A DNA stretch of 64,000 bases from Schizochytrium sp. TIO01 (taxonomy: Eukaryota > Protista > Bigyra: Labyrinthulomycetes), in contig SMSO01000014.1 of assembly GCA_004764695.1 (NCBI GenBank), positions 7,346,125 through 7,410,124 of the forward strand, read 5' to 3'. The translations under genes were made by a program, and so were the position numbers. Numbering within the stretch: position 1 is the stretch's first letter; every line of letters begins with the position of its first letter. A model generated the notes under the pieces. That model saw only the letters and a program-made list of their open reading frames with translations. It was not told where the DNA came from and made no database searches. Shown here piece by piece: positions 56,858 through 64,000 of the stretch.

Positions 56858-59452
56858 ATGGCTCTGCACCCCGAGAAGCCGTCGAATCTCGTACGGAGAC
56901 CTTCAACGAGGTCTATTGTTGGTGTTTTTGAGAGAGTGTTGACTGTTTCTCGGAATTTGCAAGAGAAAACTGGTGAATTGGCTTCGAAATTGAAGGTTCT
57001 TGAGGCCCGTGTGCACGAAATTCGACCTTCCATTAATCCTTCCTTGGCCCTGGCCATTGATGCTGCAGTGAGAGGAGACGAAAAAGCACAGAAAATTGTA
57101 CGAGAGAGTGAATCCAAAGTTCCTCTGTGTCAGAAAAGGGCGGTCGCGGCGTATACAGCGGCAAGCCACTCTCTCTTTCGTGTCCTTGCAGACACTGCAG
57201 CACTGGAGGAAACAAAGACAGAGTGTGCACTCTTAGTCTCTCAGGCACTCTCCCTTTTTCAAGTTGTTGAAGGTAAGCAAAACCCGAACACGATTGATAG
57301 GCCGTCCATTAGTGAAATCGTTAAGAGTGTGAAAGGGCTTGAAACGAGGCAAGAAGAAGAAGAAGAAGAAGAAGAAGAAGAAGAAGAAAAGGAGAAAGCA
57401 ATGCCCTTTCCTCGTCTCTCAAGAAAGAAAGCCAAGCACGGCTTGTCTGCGCCCCTTCACGCGAAAGGGGACGGGACCACTCGGGATCAACGTGTTGGAA
57501 AGGCGGGAGGCGGAGACGGAATGGCGAGCAACCGACTTAGCATGAACAGTCGCTCGTCGCAGCGAACTGACAACGCGGGGATGCTTAACCGACTTGCCCT
57601 CTATCATGACCGTCTAAAAACTGAACAAGCTAGACTTGAGAAACTTGAAGATGAATTCCGAGAGCTGAAAAGGGAGCTACCTGACGGTGCTGCTCTTCTC
57701 CTTGATGATGTTTTAAATGGGGACGTTACGTTTACGAATGCAAGAAAAGACGTGAAGGAAAATACGAATTTAGAGGATCAAGAAAAGGCTTCTTTTCTTG
57801 GAGCTCTGCGCATAGCTTCTGATATGAAGGAAGCCCGGCTAGAAATCAAGGAGACAAAAGGAAAGATTAGAGAATTTGAGTCTGGAGGCGGTGAAGAAGG
57901 AGACAGCAATTGGCACTTCTCCGGATCAGTTTGGGAAGCCCTTGGGTGCGCTTTACCTGAAATTACTCACGATCCTTCTTTACCCGTATCAAACACGAAT
58001 ATCTCAAATACGGATAACTATCCTTTTGCCCCGAAGACTGTCCAGGGGATTGACTGGGATAATTTCATGGCATACTGCGCAGATAAAGGACATTTGGAAA
58101 AACTTCAGCAAGAATCAACTAATGAAAGTGTTGGTGATTTACTTGAGAGGTCAATGCGCTCTCTTTATATAAAGTCTGAGAGTTCCGTTGGACTTTGTTT
58201 TTCACAAGTTTTCCAAGCAGTCATCTCTACTCTAGACTTCATTCCAAAAAACCTCCGCTACACGTCTGACAAGTCCTCGACGGGTGGTCTTCGACCAGAT
58301 TTTATTATTGGTACCGTCAGAGATGGGGTTACAGTACCTATAAATCCCTTGCTTGTGGGTGAACTGAAGAGTTACAGTTCAGATTCTGAACCATTTTATT
58401 TCCGTTGGTGTGAAAGGGATGGACATGACCCTGAACGATGCCCTAATCGTGCTCATTCTGAGAGGCACACGAATGTGTCCCCAATTAGACAGTTGTATAA
58501 CTACATGGTCGACTCTGGCAAGTTTGTTGGTGTTTACTCCCACTATGGCTGTACTGCGGCATTCTTCCGTGACTGTAAAGGCACTCTTGTTACAACACCG
58601 ATGCTCCCTGACGACTCTGCTCCAATGAGCGTGCCACAGTTGCTCGCCTTGGTTATCATGATTGCCATGTCTGAGGAGGTGCCGGAATTTTACGACGGTA
58701 AAAGGCCCATTTTGGTGCCATGCGAAGGTACAAGAAGTTGCAAAGGTGTCAATCATCACCATACCAGTCTACCTGATGACTGTAAGTGGGCAGAGGACGA
58801 TCTCAAGCGTAGCGCTAAACCTAGAACAGGAGCCACTGCAACGAGAAGGGCGGCGAACAAGTCCCTTTACAAAAAGCATGACACTCCCATCACCTGGGGT
58901 GATCTCTACAACTGCAAGTACATTTCTGACTGCTACACAGGTAACGCAGTTGAGTGTGAGATCATGGGCGAGCGAGCAGTGGTTAAATACAACGATTTCG
59001 GCGATCACGAAGATGCTGATGAGCGTCTTGACCAGATTGATTTTGAAGCTGAAGTCTACGCAAACTTGTCTGACTTGCAGGGGGATTGTATTCCCAAATA
59101 CCTGGGCCATGGCTCCATTACCGATACTGATGGATCCCAGTATGGTTTTGCTACCTCTTATGCAGGCGAGTCACTCTCGTATGAATCTCTTGATTCTCTC
59201 ACTGAAGAGTTCAAGACAAGCGTCAAGGATGCCCTAGACAAGATACACGCGCGTGGTGTTTTACATGGCGACCTGAGACTTCCGAACATCCTGAAGTCGA
59301 AGGACGATCCCGAGAAGGCAGTTTTTATCGACTTCAGTCATTCAGGGATCTATGACGACCCTGATGATCAGTTCTTTCAAGACCACGCAAGGCTTGAGAA
59401 GGAGAACCTCGTCAAGCTCTTGAAAGGCGAAAAAATCAAACAAGTTTTTTGA
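56858..59452 (+). CDS. Crinkler-type PD-(D/E)xK restriction-endonuclease-fold + atypical protein kinase fusion
   Basis: LRPDFIIG..LVGELKS..IRQLYNYM..GVYSHY (REase). AVVK, EAEVYANLSDLQGDCIP, IHARGVLHGDLRLPNIL, FIDFSHS (kinase). Coiled-coil N-terminal part. Confidence 0.82.
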   Translation: MALHPEKPSNLVRRPSTRSIVGVFERVLTVSRNLQEKTGELASKLKVLEARVHEIRPSINPSLALAIDAAVRGDEKAQKIVRESESKVPLCQKRAVAAYTAASHSLFRVLADTAALEETKTECALLVSQALSLFQVVEGKQNPNTIDRPSISEIVKSVKGLETRQEEEEEEEEEEEEKEKAMPFPRLSRKKAKHGLSAPLHAKGDGTTRDQRVGKAGGGDGMASNRLSMNSRSSQRTDNAGMLNRLALYHDRLKTEQARLEKLEDEFRELKRELPDGAALLLDDVLNGDVTFTNARKDVKENTNLEDQEKASFLGALRIASDMKEARLEIKETKGKIREFESGGGEEGDSNWHFSGSVWEALGCALPEITHDPSLPVSNTNISNTDNYPFAPKTVQGIDWDNFMAYCADKGHLEKLQQESTNESVGDLLERSMRSLYIKSESSVGLCFSQVFQAVISTLDFIPKNLRYTSDKSSTGGLRPDFIIGTVRDGVTVPINPLLVGELKSYSSDSEPFYFRWCERDGHDPERCPNRAHSERHTNVSPIRQLYNYMVDSGKFVGVYSHYGCTAAFFRDCKGTLVTTPMLPDDSAPMSVPQLLALVIMIAMSEEVPEFYDGKRPILVPCEGTRSCKGVNHHHTSLPDDCKWAEDDLKRSAKPRTGATATRRAANKSLYKKHDTPITWGDLYNCKYISDCYTGNAVECEIMGERAVVKYNDFGDHEDADERLDQIDFEAEVYANLSDLQGDCIPKYLGHGSITDTDGSQYGFATSYAGESLSYESLDSLTEEFKTSVKDALDKIHARGVLHGDLRLPNILKSKDDPEKAVFIDFSHSGIYDDPDDQFFQDHARLEKENLVKLLKGEKIKQVF

Positions 59453-59558
59453 ACACTCACAAGTTAATAACCCCTAACTCATGAAAAGAAGAAGAAGAAG
59501 AAGAAATAATCAATGTTTGTTTTGTTTCCAATCCATTTTATAATAAAATGCTACTTAG

Positions 59559-60308
59559 TTAGGTTACGGAGAGGATCTCTCGCAAGTGATTTTCCACTGC
59601 AGAACTTGTGTACTCACTGAACCGCCGCTTGTCTTTGGATTGATGGCAAGTTTCGAACAATGCCAACGGATCCACTGTTGTTGCTGCTGATGCTGCTGCT
59701 GCTGTTACTTTAGTCGCTTCGGCGTAGTCTTGGGAGGGTCCAAGCAATGGAATTGGGCCCGGGACAAAGGAGTTAAGTAGCCACGAAAAGAGCACACGAG
59801 CGGTCCTTCCATTGCCAAATGCAAAGGGTTTGAGAAACAGGAACTTTGCTATAAATTCTGTCGCAACGTGCAAAGCATCTTGCAATGCGGCGGCTTCTAT
59901 ATCTTTTACATCTTGCTTTCCTGTGATCGAGAAAGGTGTGGTTTGGTATTTTATAATGTGATTCCTCAGTGCACGATCAAGAAGCCCAGGGGTTGGATGA
60001 ACAAGAGGAATTCTCGTCAAATCACAGGTAATTTGGTGACGCCTGAATGAGAATGCGGATGCACTTCGCAATTTGCTGCTGCTGTGGGGCTGGCCGAGGA
60101 TGATTGCGTTAAGTTTGCAGAGAAACGAAAAGGAAAGGCCGCCATCATAATGCATTGCGAACTTGTAAGCTTCAACGAGGTTGGTTCTGTTTTTTTCTTC
60201 GGTTTCCAGGGCTACTCGCTGTAAAAACCAAGTTATCAAGGGGCCGTTTTGCAGTTCGCAGCGACTCCTTGCTTCTCGCGCTAGTTCACTCAAGTCAAGG
60301 CCGGTCAT
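59559..60308 (-). CDS. Fic/Doc-family protein with non-canonical active site
   Basis: FLFLKPFAFGNGRTARVL versus canonical HPFx(D/E)GNGRxxR; upstream LCKLNAIILG is typical of the Fic helix. Confidence 0.8.
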   Translation of the reverse strand: MTGLDLSELAREARSRCELQNGPLITWFLQRVALETEEKNRTNLVEAYKFAMHYDGGLSFSFLCKLNAIILGQPHSSSKLRSASAFSFRRHQITCDLTRIPLVHPTPGLLDRALRNHIIKYQTTPFSITGKQDVKDIEAAALQDALHVATEFIAKFLFLKPFAFGNGRTARVLFSWLLNSFVPGPIPLLGPSQDYAEATKVTAAAASAATTVDPLALFETCHQSKDKRRFSEYTSSAVENHLREILSVT

Positions 60309-60480
60309 TTTTCTGTTGTTGTTTTGTTTTGTTTTTGTCGATTTTGCTTGGTTGACGAAAGAAGTGCAGAGATATTTAAATTTATTCGTTATTCTTCTTG
60401 ATTTGACTATTTTTTAATGAATAAAAGCGCGTTGGTTTTTTTTTATTTTTATTTCTTTTGCTTCCTTGTTATATATTAAA

Positions 60481-60921
60481 TTAAACCCAAGGTTCCATTC
60501 GTTCTCTGGAGAGCCGCACGTCAAAAATGACACCATCGTTCGCACCGGTAATCAAGGTGCTAGAGAGTGTGACATCAAAGAGATAATTGCCGTAAGAAAT
60601 GTCCTGCTTTTGGATGTCTCCTAGACAGTCAATGTCTAACTCAGGGAGGCAAATTTCGCCTAGAAAGCCGCGCAGCCGGGCTGGTGCAATGTAAACCCTA
60701 TCCCCGTCTTCTTCAATTAAGGCAAGATCAGACTCTTCGAGAGGGAGCACCTCGTGCGCAGCAGGGGAAACGCACATGGCCACTTTGGCATTATCATACT
60801 TGTACGCAAATAGAACGACCGTCTCACTAAGCAACTCAAGAGAGTATTCAATGTTGTCCTGATGAAATCCAACATCTTCTTCCTTTTCGTAATCCACGTA
60901 GAAATTCGGTAGCCAAGCCAT
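60481..60921 (-). CDS. Small acidic hypothetical protein (146 aa)
   Basis: ATG at 60921 (MAWLPNFY...) after an A-rich leader; globular-looking, D/E-rich. Confidence 0.65.
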   Translation of the reverse strand: MAWLPNFYVDYEKEEDVGFHQDNIEYSLELLSETVVLFAYKYDNAKVAMCVSPAAHEVLPLEESDLALIEEDGDRVYIAPARLRGFLGEICLPELDIDCLGDIQKQDISYGNYLFDVTLSSTLITGANDGVIFDVRLSRERMEPWV

Positions 60922-61326
60922 TTGTTTTCTGGGTCTGGTACGTTTGTTTTCTTCTTCTTGTTTTGGTTCTACGTTTCTCTTGGGTTTGGGCCGGTTCTGC
61001 AGTGGATTGCTTGGAAACATGGCAACAATAAACGCGCACGCCCAACGCAAAAGGAATAAATCAGAACAAATTTGGGTTTTGCCTGATCATTTTACAATTT
61101 TGTCCTATGGCTTACTACAATCAAAATTATCCTAGTGTAAACCCTATCAACCTCATTAGTAAGAATATGTACTTCCAGGAGTCCCACCTGCTTGAACCAT
61201 TCTCGACGCCACAACTATATAATGCTACTGGACTGTTACCTTTGATTCATCGACTAAGTTGTCTCCTACTATAAACTCTAGTATGAAAAATAACTCGAGT
61301 GGTGTGTTCAGAACAGTTAGGGAACA

Positions 61327-61392
61327 GTCGAATCGACAGGTCGAATCGGTCGATTGAGTCGATTCGACTCAATCGACTGGTCGAATCGGTCG
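61327..61392. promoter_or_regulatory. Palindrome flanked by iteron-like repeats (candidate origin or recombination site)
   Basis: Perfect 14-bp arms GTCGATTGAGTCGA-T-TCGACTCAATCGAC (61349-61377). GGTCGAATCGGTCG direct repeats at 61339 and 61379; GTCGAATCG also at 61327. Confidence 0.55.
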
Positions 61393-61639
61393 TTCTCTAT
61401 AATGGAACGATATAGAACACATCAGAATTCAATCCAAAGGGTCAAAAAGTCGAGTCAAACAGACCAAAAAAACCATGGCAACGCCATTTAGGGAACGACA
61501 GACCAATGCGAATGTGGGTACTCGCCTTTTAAAAATGTATCACTTTTAAAAATAACAGAAAGTAAGAACAAGTCTATTCATTCATTCATTCATTCATTCA
61601 TTCTTTCTTTTCTTTCTTTCTTTCTTTCTTTCTTTCATC

Positions 61640-62125
61640 ATGACTAGCACCCAGGTAGCTACTACAACTACATCCAGCATCCAAGACAGAACGAGCACAA
61701 TTACCGAGCTCCAGCGCCTCGGCGCGCTCGCGCGCTCAATTGAAGGGACAGAAGGAGCCTCGGACGGCACTTTGCAAAGCAACACAGACCGCCTCGGCAC
61801 GCTCTGGCTGGGCGCAGCGGACTTACTTTTTCGTTACCCAGTCAGTCTCTCTTCAATCCAGTCATCTAGCATGCTTAGTGCACACCTTGGAAGTGACCGA
61901 GATAGCTTGGTTGTGTGGGCAAGTGCGCCTGACGCTTCCGTGACTGTGGATGAATACGAAGCAGAACTTCGTGCGATACAGAAAACTGTGGGCGAGACCA
62001 GGCGGGACCGCGTGCCCTCCATTGTATCAATCGTCTCTCTGGTTGCTGTGGTCGCAGGTTTACTTGCTGCTTTCCTGATGCTTCAAAGGGAGTTACCTCG
62101 TTTGCGCTGGACTGCTTTCTTTTAG
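61640..62125 (+). CDS. Small protein with a C-terminal transmembrane helix
   Basis: 161 aa, Thr-rich start, TM IVSIVSLVAVVAGLLAAFLML; ATG follows a (CATT)/(CTTT) microsatellite. Confidence 0.65.
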   Translation: MTSTQVATTTTSSIQDRTSTITELQRLGALARSIEGTEGASDGTLQSNTDRLGTLWLGAADLLFRYPVSLSSIQSSSMLSAHLGSDRDSLVVWASAPDASVTVDEYEAELRAIQKTVGETRRDRVPSIVSIVSLVAVVAGLLAAFLMLQRELPRLRWTAFF

Positions 62126-62328
62126 GCATAATTCTTTCTGGAAACAAAAACAAAAACAAAAACAAAACAAAAACAATTTAGTTATTGTCGTAGGTTTGAA
62201 TCGTCACCCTTTCAGGGGAGAAAGGCGAGTTTAGGTTGAATCTTTTTTTCTTCCTTCTTCTTTCATTAAGTAACCTAGCTAAGTCGCATTGGAAATGAAT
62301 GAATGAGTGGGGTGGGTGGGAGATTCAC

Positions 62329-62787
62329 TTAAGCGGCGGTCGCGTCTTCGATGATCACCCTTTCCTGCGAGAAAGGCGAGTTTGGGTCACTATCCAGCAT
62401 CTCACGAATGGCCTTTTCGTCGAGAAGACCCGGGTAAGTTGCAATCGTGACCTGCAAATCATCGGAATAGTCAATCATTCTCAGATCCCAAAGGAGTTGT
62501 CGCACAAACCTCTCGTTATCCAGTCTTATCATAATCTTTTTGAGATCAGGGGCTTCGTAGACCTCACGGAAAAATTCATGGATAGCTGCATCGTAATAAA
62601 GTTCACCTGAGAAAAGCTCATGCTTAGAGATAGTCATTGTTTCACATCCCCTCATTCTCGTCACGTTCTCCTTGAACATTTCTTCCGTATACTCATCGTC
62701 CTCGTTGGGCTCAAACCCGTCGTCACCAATTTCGAATGAAAGGTGCGGGTGGCAAAAGTTCCCACCTCCAAGAAAATGACAAACCAT
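62329..62787 (-). CDS. Tandem-array acidic protein, paralogue 1 (152 aa)
   Basis: Colinear with 63109-63567 (GGNF..P..SF.IGD.GFE, SGEL.YDA, LKKI.IRL, MI.YSDD.QVTIA.YP.LLDEK.IR.ML, SPFSQ.RVIIE). Confidence 0.8.
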   Translation of the reverse strand: MVCHFLGGGNFCHPHLSFEIGDDGFEPNEDDEYTEEMFKENVTRMRGCETMTISKHELFSGELYYDAAIHEFFREVYEAPDLKKIMIRLDNERFVRQLLWDLRMIDYSDDLQVTIATYPGLLDEKAIREMLDSDPNSPFSQERVIIEDATAA

Positions 62788-62821
62788 TGCGTTTTTGTTT
62801 GTTTTGTTTGATTGCTTGGTT

Positions 62822-63005
62822 TTTTTCCTGCAAACTTTCTTCCTTTTCTTCTCGGGCTAGATAATTTGGCAAGGTAATTATTCTTTTCTGCAAACTTTCT
62901 TCCTTTTCTTCTCGGGCTGGATAATTTGGCAAGGTAATTATTTTTTCTTTCTGCAAACTTTCTTCCTTTTCTTCTCAGGATAGATAATTTGGCAAGGTAA
63001 TTATT
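62822..63005. repeat. 60-bp tandem repeat x3 upstream of paralogue 1
   Basis: CTGCAAACTTTCTTCCTTTTCTTCTCGGGCTAGATAATTTGGCAAGGTAATTATT x3; a single copy at ~63615-63672 upstream of paralogue 2. Confidence 0.9.
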
Positions 63006-63108
63006 TATTCTTTCTGTTCTTCCTTAATTTCTTCTTTGTTAAGTAACCTAGCTAAGTCGCATCGGAAATGAAATGAGCGGTGAGAAGGGCCGGGAGGATC
63101 TTAGGAGA

Positions 63109-63567
63109 TCACTTAAGTGGTCTTGTTTCAATGATCACCCTTCCCTGAGAGAAAGGCGAGTTGCTGCCTGTGTACAGCATCTTGCGAATGGTCTTTTCAT
63201 CGAGAAGACTCGGGTAAGCCGCAATCGTGACCTGCACATCATCGGAATATTCAATCATTTTCAGATCCCCAATGAGTTCTTCTAAAAAACTCTCGTCATT
63301 CAGTCTTATATAGATCTTTTTGAGTTCAGGGAGTTCGTAGACCTCCTGGAAAAATCCTTTGATACCTGCATCATACCAAAGTTCACCTGAGTAAAGGTTG
63401 TTCCTGCAGATCAGCATTTCTTTACATTCCCTCATTCTCATCACGTTCCGCTGGAAAAGTTCTTCGGGATAATCACCGTACTTGTCGAGCTCAAACCCTT
63501 CGTCGCCAATTTGGAATGAAAAGAGTGGGAATCCAAAGTTTCCGCCTTGAAGAACATGGTAAACCAT
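63109..63567 (-). CDS. Tandem-array acidic protein, paralogue 2 (152 aa)
   Basis: See paralogue 1; flanking sequence is also duplicated (TAACCTAGCTAAGT.GCAT..AAATGAA). Confidence 0.8.
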   Translation of the reverse strand: MVYHVLQGGNFGFPLFSFQIGDEGFELDKYGDYPEELFQRNVMRMRECKEMLICRNNLYSGELWYDAGIKGFFQEVYELPELKKIYIRLNDESFLEELIGDLKMIEYSDDVQVTIAAYPSLLDEKTIRKMLYTGSNSPFSQGRVIIETRPLK

Positions 63568-63763
63568 CGTGTTTGTTTGTTTGTTTGTTTGTTTGTTTGT
63601 TTTTCCTAGTTTTTCTACAAACTCCTTCTCCTTTTCTTCTTAGGGTAGATAATTTGGCAAGGTGATTATTCTTTCTATAAAGTTTTTTTTCTTACTTCTT
63701 TTCTTTGTTATGTAACCTAGCTAAGTTGCATTGAAATGAATGAATGAGTGGTGAGGAGATCAC

Positions 63764-64000
63764 TTAAGCGGTCTTGTTTTCAATGATCACTCTTTCCTGG
63801 GAGAAAGGCGAGTCGTTGCCTCTATACAGCATCTTGCGAATGGTCTTTTCATCGAGAAGACCAGGGTAAGCTGCAATTGTGACCTGCAAATCATCGGAGT
63901 ATTCAATCATTTTCAGATCATCAAGGAGTTCTTGTACAAAACTCTCGTCATCCAGGCCTATCCAGATCTTTTTGAGTCTAGGGAGTTCGTAGACCCCCTC
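63764..64000 (-). CDS. Tandem-array acidic protein, paralogue 3 (5' part outside the window)
   Basis: Minus strand reads EGVYELPRLKKIWIGLDDESFVQELLDDLKMIEYSDDLQVTIAAYPGLLDEKTIRKMLYRGNDSPFSQERVIIENKTA*. Confidence 0.8.
   Translation of the reverse strand, partial: EGVYELPRLKKIWIGLDDESFVQELLDDLKMIEYSDDLQVTIAAYPGLLDEKTIRKMLYRGNDSPFSQERVIIENKTA

Larger units (their letters stand above)
40600..64000. mobile_element. Putative giant tyrosine-recombinase element or integrated virus-like gene cluster (left edge approximate; runs off the right end)
   Basis: Abrupt switch from a ~20-kb gene desert to ~17 intronless ORFs with short spacers (as little as 32 bp). Includes a CryptonS-like recombinase plus toxin-like and surface-protein cargo, and paralogous domains occur on both sides of the recombinase. 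Confidence 0.55.

Noticed and set aside
62822-63005. Possible CRISPR array
   Set aside because: Head-to-tail 60-bp repeats with no unique spacers, no cas genes, and a eukaryotic context. The same applies to the 27-bp repeat at 3009-3089.
40600-64000. Firm assignment as Polinton-like virus, virophage, mirusvirus or NCLDV
   Set aside because: No recognisable capsid, packaging ATPase, polymerase or primase-helicase in the window. It cannot be excluded because the block continues past 64000.

Overview
Eukaryotic, essentially intron-free DNA. A stramenopile protist such as a thraustochytrid is my inference, based on the CryptonS-like recombinase, oomycete-type Crinkler domain and TTAGG motifs. 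The window has two very different halves. (1) 1-40.6 kb is gene-poor. It holds a 5'-truncated kinase-RING-Rcat gene, a YrhK-like membrane protein gene, and an Mx/dynamin-like GTPase with an apparent SAM insertion. The GTPase has three perfect TTTCCCGGGAAA palindromes just upstream and lies between two identical tRNA-Gly(GCC) genes. Around these are decayed material: solo-LTR-like repeats (TATTG...CAATA ends, 5-bp TSDs, internal TTAGG), a Copia-like RT relic, a Crinkler-type kinase pseudogene, a four-copy degenerate coding repeat, and microsatellites. (2) From ~40.6 kb to the window end is a compact block of ~17 ORFs. It contains a CryptonS-like tyrosine recombinase, Crinkler-type toxins (HNH nuclease; PD-(D/E)xK nuclease + kinase), a non-canonical Fic protein, a two-Myb protein, surface proteins (PAN/apple, beta-trefoil, M11-like metalloprotease), a tandem array of small acidic paralogues, and an iteron-plus-palindrome site. 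The best candidates for a new system are (a) a giant, cargo-carrying tyrosine-recombinase element (Starship-analogous, or an integrated virus with no hallmark genes in view) and (b) a possibly inducible Mx-like defence gene with STAT/GAS-like sites. All family assignments come from motif recognition by eye; no searches were run.
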